DNA of 64,000 nucleotides, from assembly GCF_964355755.1 (NCBI RefSeq), contig NC_092677.1:22493175-22557174 (forward strand), in the 5' to 3' direction. A program made the translations under genes and the position numbers. Position 1 is the first letter of the stretch, and each line of letters opens with the position of its first letter. Below the pieces are notes generated by a model. The model saw nothing but the letters and a program-made list of their open reading frames with translations, had not been told where the DNA came from and searched no databases. The stretch is from Antedon mediterranea. Its lineage: Eukaryota > Animalia > Echinodermata. Shown one piece after another: positions 50,622 through 62,100 of the stretch.

Positions 50622-53600
50622 TACTGGTACTGGTACTGGTTCAAATAACCGTCTCACAGAGACATCTGGTAGCCATTGACTTGAAGTTGGCATTTGGATG
50701 TGTTACTTTTAAATGTAGGCCTACAGTATGAGAGTGACTACTACCAAATTACACAGTCACAAAACAACTTATAAAACAGTTCATATATACAGTTAAAACA
50801 TTGCTGGGAATTATAAATTTCTGTTGAAGCAGGCTCTAATGAAGTTGCATCTAGTAAGTTGACTTTGTTGTACAACTCTATCAAGTACTGATGGTATCTT
50901 CCGACCTCTTCGTTTACTTTGTGTTGTGTGAAAAGTAAGAATTTTTGTAGGATCTTCATTTTCTTTTCTAATTACATGTCCGATCCAGTTGAATTGTTGC
51001 TTGTAGACATATTCTTCTAGCGGTTGACAGCCAGTAATTTTGTAGAGATCGTCATTATCAATTACGTAACGCCAGTCTATATAGTTTTCATCTGTTTCTT
51101 CATCTGAGGATATGTCTACATGGTTTGGTGGGCAGACTCTTTGAAAGCCATTCACTAGCATTCTTCTTAGGAAGGTTTTGTATGTTGTGCTAAGTTTGGA
51201 CATTTCACTTCCTGTTGCCCTCCAAGCATGGCAACCATAGGTGAGTCTACTCCTAACTAGACCATTAAGAAACATCATTCTTGTTTGTAGGTGGATTGTT
51301 CTGTTGGTAAGCAATGCCCTATTCTCTGCAAATGCTCCTTTGGCTGAATTGATTCTGTATTTTACTTCTTGATCTCCAATATGAACATCATTGTAGGTAG
51401 CCCATACACCAAGGTATCTAAAGTGTGTTACGTTGTTAATGTGTACGCCGCCAATTTGTATGATGCATCTTGGGTATTCTTCAACTTCCTCTTTCCAGTT
51501 CCATATAATGGTTTCTGTTTTGGGGGCACTAATTCTTAGACCAAATTCCAGACAAACTTTATTCAAGATGTTCACAATGGTTTGCAGTTCTTCTTGTGAC
51601 CAGGAGCTTACAGCAAAGTCGTCAGCATAGCCACTTTCAAAGTCGTCATAGATGCCCCTTGATGGTGCTTTACATCTTTGAGCACGATTTGTAGCTTCAA
51701 TAGGAATTAGGTATTGTATCATTAGGCCATCCAAACTAGCATCTTTACAGCGTTGTTTGAACACTCTAATAACGTAATCAAAATATTGGTTAAACATGCT
51801 GGTACTCTCAATACCACCCTGTCGCACCCCAGAAGATGTTTCGAACTTATCATCACTCGGATCGTCGTCAGCAAGGTATGCTTTCGTTGAGCTGTACAGT
51901 GATTGTATAATGTCAATCATAGTAGTAGACTGGTTTAAGTGAAACCTATTACGAACGCTTAGGAAAAGAAGATTACGATTCACATGGTCGAATGCTGCTG
52001 TTAAATCAATGAAGCATGTATAGAGTTTGCGATTTGAGCGATACGCAATTTCCTGGATCTGCTTGATTACATATATAGCATCATTGCACCCTCTGTTGGA
52101 CCTGAATCCAAACTGTGTGCGTAGAAGTTGACTTTCATAAAAGATGGAAAAACGTGAAAGAATGATAACCATAAGTATCTTTGAAAATGTAGACCCAATT
52201 GATATTCCTCTATACATTGATGGATCAAGTGGACTGCCTTTTTTTTTCCAAATGGTTGTTAATTTGGACAGTCCCCAATCACTTGGTACTTCTTTCGTTC
52301 TCCAAATTTCCTCAAACAGTCTATGTACATGGTCGACGAATACTGGGTTCTCTGTGGCGACTTGCAACATTTCAGAAGCGACATCTAGGGTAGCTTTGCG
52401 ACCTTTTAGATGTCCGATTGCATCAATAATTTCTTTCTTGGACGGAGGTTCATTGTCCATCTCAAATTCTGGTTGTCTCAGGTTGATAATATATTCTGGA
52501 GGTGTGCTAATTTCATCTGGGATTTTAAGGCTAGATTGGTCTGGATTAAAGTGATCTTTAAAGTGTTCACGTAATCCAGGACATTTTATAGGCTTTGGTG
52601 CTTTTCTTATAACATCACCGTGCTCCTTAGCTTTTCTCCATAAATCAAATATTTTTCTATTTTGGTGGGCTTCATTTAACTTGCTTGCTTCTTCATACAA
52701 ATATTCATTCCGTAGTTCCTTCACCCTTATCTTAATTGCTTTCTGCATAGCCTTGATCTCCTCTTCTTTGTAGGTAACTATGCTTTTGTTAATATTCTTT
52801 CTTTCTTTTATAAGCTGTTGTAGTCTTTCATCACCATCCCAGGGATGAGCATTTTGGTTTCTTGTTTTCTTCGGGACTTCTTCAACTGCCTTATTTAGCA
52901 CTGTCATAAGTGTTGTATAGCGCTCAGTTGATGTAGTGGTTGTTGTCTTTTCAGGAGAAGTAATTTTATTAATTTCTTCTTCTATCTTTGTTTTAACATT
53001 ATTTCTTACTTCTCGATCTTTAAGTTTACTCATGTTGGCTCTCTTGCTCTGTTTTTTCTTTTTATGCTTCTTCCACCTGGCTGCTTTGTTGGCTGGTGTT
53101 GTCATATTACTCACAAGGATTCTATGATCCGACGAAAGATAATAGTTGTTATAGACTCTTGTGTCAGTAACATACTTCCTCAACCAGTGATCACATATGT
53201 TGTAATCTAGTATTTTCTTTGTAACACCATCGTTGCTATGCCAAGTGATCCGATGAACATTTGGATGGTCAAACCAGGTGTTCAGTATGCATAGCTTGAA
53301 GTCAGAGCAGTAGTTGATGAGTCTTGTGCCATTGTCGTTACTAATGTCATCTGTGTCTTGAAATCTATGTAGGTTTCCATCAAAGAGTGATTTTCTGGTT
53401 GTTATTGTTGATGTTGCATTAAAGTCTCCCATCAGTAAGAGTTTTGTGTTGTTCTCGACTCTTGTTACTTTGGAGAGTTTTGCATAGAAAATATCCTTTG
53501 ATGATTCTGAACCGGATTCCGTAGGAGAGTACGCAGACACAATTCTTAATTTACAATTTTGTATTGTGACGTCTATTGCCATTAGACGTTCATAAACATA

Positions 53601-54687
53601 ATAAACATTAGACACTTTGATATGGGGTGACTGTTTGATGGCAATAGCAACCCCATACATCTTTTTGATTTTCAGTCCAGTCCAGTATACATTGTAGCCC
53701 TCATGTGAGATTGCACCGGTACCAATCCGTCTCACTTCCTGCATACACACGATGTCAAGGTTTGCTGCTTTAATTTGAATGAGGGTTTCATGTAGTAAGA
53801 AGTCATCTGAGCAGGTATTAACATTAATCTGTCCTGCTCGCCAATGAAAATATTTTGCAGGCTTTTTTTTCCTAACTGCTTCTTGTACTTTCTTGTTTAT
53901 GTTAGAAAGGTTTTTAGAATGATATCTTTATTACTCTTTGTGTGAAATTTTGACTTGCGTCCACCACGGGTACCTCTATAATGGAAAATTCCCAAGTCTT
54001 TCAAAACACTTCCAACCGCAGTAGTAATTTTTCCAGCATATTGTCTCAGGTTAAGTAGCTTTGAGTAGCTATAGTTATAGGTCAACATAGTTTACTCGTA
54101 GCAATGGTAGATTATAATAATAATATCACACATACACCGACTCTAGGCCCTGTAAACAAATCTTCTATGCTATGCTGTCCCAAAGTTCTAAGGCAACAAT
54201 AGGCTTTGCTTCACTGAACACTGCTAAGACAATAGCATGCACACAGCTAGATAAGGCCTAGCTATAGCTATAAAAAAATCTTTTCTAAATCCAGTTTAGC
54301 TGATAAAAATAAGAAAAAAGAATATACAATACAATAGTTGTAAGTGCTGATAACAATATTGGTAGTAAAATCACTCTCAAAATGTGTACTTAAAACCCAA
54401 AAAGCAAGGTTTCATTGAGAGAACAAAACTATTTAAAGGATATTTGTGCTTTAAAGGACAGTGTTTTACTTTAGTTGCTAAATTCAAATTATAATTTATA
54501 ATGTCGTTTCTTAGAGCGGTCAAAACCTTTAAGGTTATAGGAACTTGTTCCTCAGGTTGTCTGCCCTCTTCCTGTATTTTTTATCCATTCATATGCATTT
54601 ATATACATTTATTTTATTTAAGTAAATATATTATTATGTTTGCTGTTTATTTTTTGTTGTTAATTGGTGAGAAATATACAAACAAAA
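50622..54687 (-). mobile_element. Full-length RTE-clade non-LTR retrotransposon (about 4.07 kb)
   Basis: Long EN+RT ORF, a (CCAGTA)3 3' tail at 50622-50639, and AATG direct repeats at 50618-50621 and 54688-54691. Confidence 0.8.
50811..53750 (-). CDS. APE endonuclease-reverse transcriptase (RTE-like), 979 aa; frame stays open upstream to about 53925
   Basis: CMQEVR, SAYSPT, MGDFNA and SDH (endonuclease); YRGISI, QFGFR, FIDLTAAFD, GVRQGG, GYADDF and FRYLG (RT). Confidence 0.92.
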   Translation of the reverse strand: MCMQEVRRIGTGAISHEGYNVYWTGLKIKKMYGVAIAIKQSPHIKVSNVYYVYERLMAIDVTIQNCKLRIVSAYSPTESGSESSKDIFYAKLSKVTRVENNTKLLLMGDFNATSTITTRKSLFDGNLHRFQDTDDISNDNGTRLINYCSDFKLCILNTWFDHPNVHRITWHSNDGVTKKILDYNICDHWLRKYVTDTRVYNNYYLSSDHRILVSNMTTPANKAARWKKHKKKKQSKRANMSKLKDREVRNNVKTKIEEEINKITSPEKTTTTTSTERYTTLMTVLNKAVEEVPKKTRNQNAHPWDGDERLQQLIKERKNINKSIVTYKEEEIKAMQKAIKIRVKELRNEYLYEEASKLNEAHQNRKIFDLWRKAKEHGDVIRKAPKPIKCPGLREHFKDHFNPDQSSLKIPDEISTPPEYIINLRQPEFEMDNEPPSKKEIIDAIGHLKGRKATLDVASEMLQVATENPVFVDHVHRLFEEIWRTKEVPSDWGLSKLTTIWKKKGSPLDPSMYRGISIGSTFSKILMVIILSRFSIFYESQLLRTQFGFRSNRGCNDAIYVIKQIQEIAYRSNRKLYTCFIDLTAAFDHVNRNLLFLSVRNRFHLNQSTTMIDIIQSLYSSTKAYLADDDPSDDKFETSSGVRQGGIESTSMFNQYFDYVIRVFKQRCKDASLDGLMIQYLIPIEATNRAQRCKAPSRGIYDDFESGYADDFAVSSWSQEELQTIVNILNKVCLEFGLRISAPKTETIIWNWKEEVEEYPRCIIQIGGVHINNVTHFRYLGVWATYNDVHIGDQEVKYRINSAKGAFAENRALLTNRTIHLQTRMMFLNGLVRSRLTYGCHAWRATGSEMSKLSTTYKTFLRRMLVNGFQRVCPPNHVDISSDEETDENYIDWRYVIDNDDLYKITGCQPLEEYVYKQQFNWIGHVIRKENEDPTKILTFHTTQSKRRGRKIPSVLDRVVQQSQLTRCNFIRACFNRNL

Positions 54688-55599
54688 AATGAAGGATTTT
54701 GCTAAAATCCTTAGTTTATTTTGGGCATCAAGCACCATTTCACTACTAAATTCTGGCACATCAAAAGTAACAAAATCAAGGTAGGTTTGGCCACTTGTTA
54801 TGTAATGTTGTTATGTAATGTCTCGCAGTGCTTGCAGTTCTTTTCTCTCGAAGCTCATCAACTTTACTAATGTTTTTAATAATAATAATAATAAATTACA
54901 TTTTTAAAGCGCTTCATAATGACAGAAACAAACTCAAGCGCTGTACTTAATCTAAAACAATCAATACCAACAATTTAAAAATTACACAATAAAAAAAGAC
55001 ATGCCATAATAATATACAAGCGAGAACAGTCTTAAAATACACATAATGATTTGCACCATTGTAAACTTACCTTCTGCGGTGTTGAGAATCAAATAATTTT
55101 TTGGGATCACCTCCTGTCAAAAACTTGATCTTGGCCTCACATTGTTTTGCCTGGTGTTTGCCAAATTGTCGGCTTTTTAGTAGATAATTAAAAAAATCCT
55201 TTTTTTGCGTATCTAAATATAATATATTGAAATCAAGGATAAAGGGTGAAAGATTTTTAATTTCCTAAATATTACAGATGGTACAGAAAAGGTAAGGTTT
55301 AGGGCTTTTTAGTTAATTTAGTATGCTAAAAATCAATATGTGAGGCGAATTGTCTGTAGTGGAGCATTTTTAAATGATTCAACTTCAACTACTACTTTAC
55401 TTAAAGTCATATATATTTTAAACATGCTTTAATATACATTCATTTAAAACTGACAAGTAAACATTATATAATAAAGATATCTTCTGGGATGTATGATCAT
55501 ACTGTAAGTATATATAGAAAATTAAAACTACCAGCAATGATTCATTTAGTCAATGTATACATTATATTGTGACTGGAATACAGATGTCTGTTAATCTAT

Positions 55600-57657
55600 T
55601 TATAGTTTGTCTAAATTTCTTTTTCTTTTAACAATGGTCTGCTTATTGGGAATTGCTTTGCAAGTGTGACATATTGGGTAAATGTTTTGAACTTGGGGTC
55701 CAGTCAGTAAATCATCTCCCGATGCACAATGACAGCAAACTGCTGCAAACACCCCAGAAGAATAGTAGGTAACCTCAACTGGCTGAACACATTGCAAATC
55801 TTTCCTGATGAATACTATCTTCAAAATGGACTCTTCCTCAGGCTCTAAATTATCTGGCACAAAGTCTGCAAGATCTGTTCCACAAGTGTAGTCTAGTTGA
55901 CTTAGAGCTGCTTCCAACTGATCTAGCTGCTCCTTTTTTAGCTTTCGTGCTGCATGCATGACTCTTGGCTTACTGCACTCTTGACAAGAAACAGTTTTTT
56001 TCACACGTGCCGATGTCTGTGCCGATGGATTAAATGGTAATCCATGGCCTGTCTTTTTACCTTCTTTGAGTGACGGGCGGTCACATTCAGTTGTTGGAGT
56101 TCCATAGATCTCTGTAAACCCCTTGTAGTGTATTCCATCAGCTGCCATGATAGGATCAGGCAGAAAGTGAAGGTCTTTAAATACACTTTCTGTGAGCCTT
56201 GGGGGTTTGTGGAAACCACATTCAGGATCCGAACATTTGAGAACACAAAAACTGTAGTGTCTTAGTTGGCAGTGCTTTTCAAAAAAGTTTTTAAGACTAT
56301 CAGATTTTTTCAGGTCCTTCATGGTAGCATTTTGAGGCAACTGTGCATCGATTTTGAGGACATGGTTGTGATGGCCATCCATATCATCTGTTGTGGCAGG
56401 TGTAAATGATCTAAATGGAACACCCTTTAATTTTAATTGCCTGAACAATGATGATATTAGGCAGATGGTGTCTTGAAGGCCATCAGACAGTGAACCTTTG
56501 AGAGCTGGATGGGTTGTAGCAGCTGAACGGATGTCTGCAACACTATTGCATTTAGCAAGCAAAGCCTCCATCTCTGGTGAAAGTTTTTGGCGCATAACTC
56601 CTACAGCTTGCGAGGCTAAATTCAAAATTGACATGATACGCTCACATGGATTTTTCCAAGAATGGCCTGGAGGAGTTCGTGCTGCAATGACTGCATCAAA
56701 ATCAACTTCAAGAAATGCTGAAATGAGTGATAGTTGTAAAGAGAGGTAATTTACTCGGTGGTCAGGACCGCCATCTGAATACTTCCTTCAATGGTTTTTC
56801 GCCTTCTTTGAGCATACTCATAAGCTCAGTGGCGTGGCGTAAGGGCGAAGAAGACTGAAATACTGAATCCTTCAAGGCAGTGTAGACTTGACCTTGGTAA
56901 AAACTTCCCTCCATAGTCTCAGGGATGTCAAGTCGAAGGGCTACACTTGGTGTTAGAGTTTGCTTTGTAAAATCATGATCAGACACTTCGAAAGACTGAT
57001 TTAGGCCTATCAAAACCTTCTTCCCCCTTTCAACGGCAGCGACTGGGTGTCCTGGCTCACCTTCAAGTAAATTTGATACAGACATGGCTGTTGCCAAGTA
57101 TGTTACAGTTCCATGTCGTCTTTCCTGTACTGCAGTTTCTACAACATTCTCCATATATTTTTCAACTTCATTCCAAAAGGGCTCATACTTGGATGGTCTA
57201 CCTGGATTGTGTTCCCTGAGGTCAGTTACAATATCTGGATCACCAAGCTGAAGAAACTGTTTAACTCGTTTGTCTAAAGCAGCAGCATCTGTATCATGTG
57301 CAGATGTCCAATCACCCATGAGCCTCTTATACATTTCCCGAAGATAATATGGTTTGACTTTAGCAATTTTTCCAAACATACCAACAAACTCTCTACGCAT
57401 CTGCCTGGTATGAAACTTGGGCAATTGGTTTTGGAGTGATTGTGTCACACACACAGATTTTGACATGACATCATCAGAGCAAGATGTGGACATTTCAGGA
57501 ATTTTCCAAATAAAATGAAAATTGCCAACATTTCCACCTGGAGAATGTGTGAACAACACAGTAGGATTGAAAGCCCATGCTCTTTCAAAAGTGTCAATTC
57601 TTCATATCGCATCTTTCTATCAAGTGATAAAAAAATCATTAACAAAAACAGGAACAA
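55600..57657 (-). pseudogene. Zator-like DDE transposase with C-terminal Cys-rich fingers; frameshifted and internally deleted
   Basis: GEPGHPVAAVERG, DHDF, YSDGGPDHR, RTPPGHSWKNPCERIMSILN, CQECSKPR and CCHC..YPICHTC. The expected DDK region before GEPG is missing. Confidence 0.7.
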
Positions 57658-57695
57658 ATCCAGGCAGATCCCTGATTTTGTTGAGCAATGACTTC

Positions 57696-57968
57696 TTTTC
57701 GTATAGTGGGGTCTCCCTCTTCTTATAGTGGGGTCTCCCTTTTCTTACAGTGGGTCTCCCTTTTCGTATATTTGGGTCTCCCATTTTGTATATTTGGGTC
57801 TCCCTTTCGTATAATTGGGTCTCCCTTTTCGTATATTTAGGTCTCCCTTTTCGTATATTAGGGTCTCCCTTTTCGTATAGTGGGGTCTCCCTTTTCGTAT
57901 ATTTAGGTCTCCCTTTTCGTATTGGGTCTCTGGTCTCTGGTCTCGGGTCTCTAGTTTCGAAACACCCG
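57696..57968. repeat. Array of about ten 21-22-bp units (gggtctcccttttcgtata..) next to a probable transposon terminus
   Basis: gtctcc recurs at 57711, 57733, 57754 ... 57907. The array ends ...ggtctctagtttcgaaacaccc. Confidence 0.8.
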
Positions 57969-59154
57969 TTTTTAACCGATTATTCTGTTTAACAGCACGC
58001 TAGACCCTAGATGTGCTAGATTTAAAGATGGGCTGTTTATTGTTTAGGTGGTTTTTAGGTGGACATTTATTGGAAGAAAGTTGTTTATTCAATGGGAGGG
58101 GGTATAATCTAATGGAAATAGATGCCGATTATTCCATATGATGTTTCATGGGAGTGACATGGTCACCGTTTATTTGAGGGGAATTTATTTAAAGATCGAC
58201 GTTTATTCGGTGAGTGAACATTGAGGTCAAATATCAAAAGTGATATTATTCTTCTAGTGTACAAAAATACATATATGACAAATTTGAGACAAAAATTAAT
58301 TCTTTTAAGACCAGTGGTAATCGAAGCATTGTCCTGACGCAAAAATTATTATTATTATTAGCGAACCCAGTCTTTACAGTAAATACAGGGAGTACTATAT
58401 AATACGTTCGACTATCCTATGATCATGTGTGACAATCTTCAGTTTATACCAGGCTATATTTATGTTCAATCTTTTACTTTTGTTTACAATAATGAATAGT
58501 AATTCGTCAAAGTAACGAATTAAAATATAGTTATTAATTCCTATTATACACTGTTGCAGAGTCAGGTTGTTGAATGGTCTGGGTGGTTAGGGTGTTCTAA
58601 AGGGATAGTAAAGGTAAAGGTAAAGGTAAATGTCCAGGGGGTGAATATCCGGATACGCTAGCAGCGCATGCATGCAGCATTAGCCGACCCTCACAATAAT
58701 CAAGTCCAGGCTCGTCCTGTCCCCGCCGCCGGGACGATAGACAGTTGTTGCGCGAACGATTGATAAAAGTTTAGAAAATTTCATCGATAGGTGGCGCTGT
58801 TGTATGAAAAAAAAAACGTTGACGCGCAAGGTCTAAATCGACGCGCGCGCAGACCTGAGACCGTTTATTTATTTTTTTTGCCCTTAATGTAAATTAACTA
58901 ATTTGACAGTTTAATGATAGTTCCTAATGAAGATGTAATGTAAGAACTAATCTTCCTGAGGAATTTCATTTGCTCCCCTCATTGCAGCTTTATAGTTGCT
59001 ACCATGTATCTCTAAAAAAAAAAAAAAAAACACCTAAATAATTATGGTAATTGCATATTTTGATAACTTATAGATTCAAAACCTCCTGAAATTAAACGTC
59101 ATCTAATATAAATATTAAATATCATAAATTTGATATTAAATACAATATAATATG

Positions 59155-62100
59155 GTAAAGATGGACGCATACATGTACTAACTAAGAATAATAAGAAGAT
59201 TGTCGTAACAAAATTTTCCGATCTCAACAAACTGCATTCCACCTAATTTACCGTGTGGTATTACATTAAATGTGAAATTGTGAGATTTCTTGTTTTTGCC
59301 CTGAAACCAGAATTTTAACTATTGTATACATTATAGACTGCATTAATTGTTTGGTGTGTGTGCTTTATTGTGATTCTTTTTATTGTAAATTGTGTTTTTT
59401 TTTTTATTATTGTATTGCTAACCTGCCGGTTTTTAGTCATTTAGTTGAACGCCATTTTGCTTAACAGCTTTGGTGAATTGATTGTATTTTGTTCTTTTTT
59501 CCAATACTACTTTATGAGCACGACTCAATATGAAAATAAATCGAGTCCTACACATTCCATAGATTGCTTTGAAAGTGACGAGGCTGGTTTATGCAAATAT
59601 TTCACTCCAACACAACTAAATGAGCTACAGGCGCAAATTGATAACAATGGTATCTTTACAACGTTACACATGAATGCACGTAGTCTTCCAAAACACTTCG
59701 ACGAAATTAGCATTCTGTTAGATACCATAGGTCGTGCGTTTGATGTACTTGGTTTCTCGGAAACCTGGATAAATAAGAACACGCCAATTGACTTATTAAA
59801 TATCAATGGATACAATATGTACACTTGTAATAGAGAAGGTAGAGTCGGTGGTGGAGTTTGTCTATATTTAAAAGAACAAATCAACACCGTAACACGTGAT
59901 GATTTTGTATTTAATGATAACTCCATTGATTCACTTTTTCTAGAAATAATAAACACAAACGGCAAAAATACTATTGTAGGTATGTTGTATCGACCACCAA
60001 ATTCAAACGTCAACTCATTTAACAAAAACTGCTATATCTTAGGAGATTTTAATCAAGACTTATTAAAATATGACATTCAAAAAACAACACAGGAATTCAC
60101 AAACATTATTTACTCAACATCTTTTAATCCATTAATCAACTTACCCACCAGAATAACATCGTCTTCTGCTACAATTTTAGATAATATTATTACAAATGAT
60201 GATAACATTTCGCATTGTGGAGTAATAGTCACTGACATTACCGATCATCTACCCATTTTCATGACAACACACTTGTCATTAAATACTAACACACAAGCTC
60301 CAATTACAAAACAAAAAATAATTAATGATACAACATTAAATAACTTGCTTATTGCTATTTCTAATGAGGATTGGGGTGAACTATATTTATGCACAGATAC
60401 CAATACATCATATAACCTATTTATTAAAAAACTATCCAATCTCATAGATAATAACATACCTACAAAAAGTAATAAGCCAAATGGTAATACAAAGAAAAAA
60501 CCATGGATCACAACAGGAATTTTGATTTCAATAAAAAAGAAAAATAAACTTTATAAAAAATACCTTAAAAACCCAACACAATTATTAAAAAATATATATA
60601 AAAAGTACAAAAATAAATTTAGTTAGAATTCGAAAAAAACAATATTATTCCAAAAAACTGGATGCAGCTCGACACGATTCAAAGCAAACATGGAAAGTTT
60701 TAAATGAAGTTCTAAATAGAAAAAAATCGAGTGTTAAGCCAAATGATGTAATTAACCATAGTATGTGATTCAAAAGGTATGTCTGACGCTTTTAATGACT
60801 TCTTCTCCAACATTGGAAATGAATTAGCAAACAAAATACCAAATGTAAACAATTCTGACTTTAAACAATTTATATGAAAGAGAGTCAATCCCAATCCATA
60901 TATTCCAATCCTACGAATGAAGAAGAGGTCATTGAAATAGTTAGTCAAATCAAAAATTCAAATTCAGAAGGTGTTGATAACTTAAGTAATCGCATTCTAA
61001 AGCATATTATTGCTGCTGTGGCATCTCCTCTTGTACATATCTTTAACCTCTCTTTTGAGACAGGCATGGTTCCTGATAGTATGAAAGTAGCTAGAGTAGT
61101 TCCAAGTTTTAAATCTGGCAATAAAAGTGACGTCAGTAATTATAGGCCGATCTCTATTCTGCCTACCGCTTCAAAAATTCTTGAAAAAATTGTTCAAATT
61201 AGAGTAAACTAGATGGAACGCTCGCTTCGCTCGCGTACCATCTAGGTCGTGCCCACAGATGGTTCTCGAATACACAGTAATTTCAGCGTTAAAAAACTGG
61301 CGATTTCAAATGTACAATAATGCAGGACAATAATATATGTCGTTTACAGGAACGATTAAATAGACACTGTGATTTATGTACTCAACTAAAATTAGCACAC
61401 TGGGAATTACTTCCGAAAGAGAAAGTTGTCACAAAATGAGACCAATTGTTTAAGTCAAATTTAAACAAACTTAATTTGTGTTTTGTATGTAACATTATGG
61501 TTGAGAGATGGGGAAGAGGATGGGTGCAAAGAGGAACAATTTTTAAATATATTCTTTATTTTGTAACGAAATATTAATTAACATGCTTTACAAATAATAT
61601 ACCACTAAACACAGTAAAACATTGCGATGTAATACTTTGTTGAAACTATCACCGTCGTAGTCGATTGAAATAGTACAGTACATGTAACGATACATCACTA
61701 CGACGTGTATGTTTATATAATGTTAAACAATTTGTGAAAACCACCTCTATTCGGGGAAAATCATAAATTCGATTTAATCGGTAATAAATATTAAATTACG
61801 GCGACTGAAAACGCTAGCTCATTATCCGTTTAAAAAAAATTATATCCAACCTCTGCGGCAAAGATTGAAAAAAAAAATGGATCGAATTTCTGTTATGAGT
61901 ATACAGTACTTTCCTTTACGACGCCTGAGGGAATAGACACTTGTGGAACGACACAGAGATTGGAATGTTCCATTCATCGCAAATCAATACATTTGTATAA
62001 ACGTATATTAAATCTATCAAAATAGTATTTTTTAAAGAAAATCGGCCTGTCTTCAACATTATGATACTGTACTCGAGCTGTTCAACCGGTTTTCAGCTAT

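Larger units (their letters stand above)
48367..55190 (-). pseudogene. Multi-exon tyrosine recombinase (Crypton-like) gene with C-terminal Myb/HTH-like domain, interrupted by the RTE LINE
   Basis: Exons at about 55190-55071, 54868-54688, 50538-50467, 50283-50075, 49747-49499, 49281-49127, 48971-48870 and 48452-48367, most with GT-AG borders. Motifs: TARHYITS, NGCRSG (R), NHKT (K), THFRK (R) and MHHSLRTQDKYY (H, Y). Confidence 0.75.

Noticed and set aside
52144-52554. Antisense ORFs over the RTE ORF (similarly 59525-60025 over the CR1/L2 ORF)
   Set aside because: They are shadow frames of long coding sequences with no independent motifs.
57696-57930. Regular 21-22-bp repeat array resembling a CRISPR array
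   Set aside because: The units are contiguous with no unique spacers, there are no cas genes, and the context is eukaryotic. It fits a subterminal transposon array.
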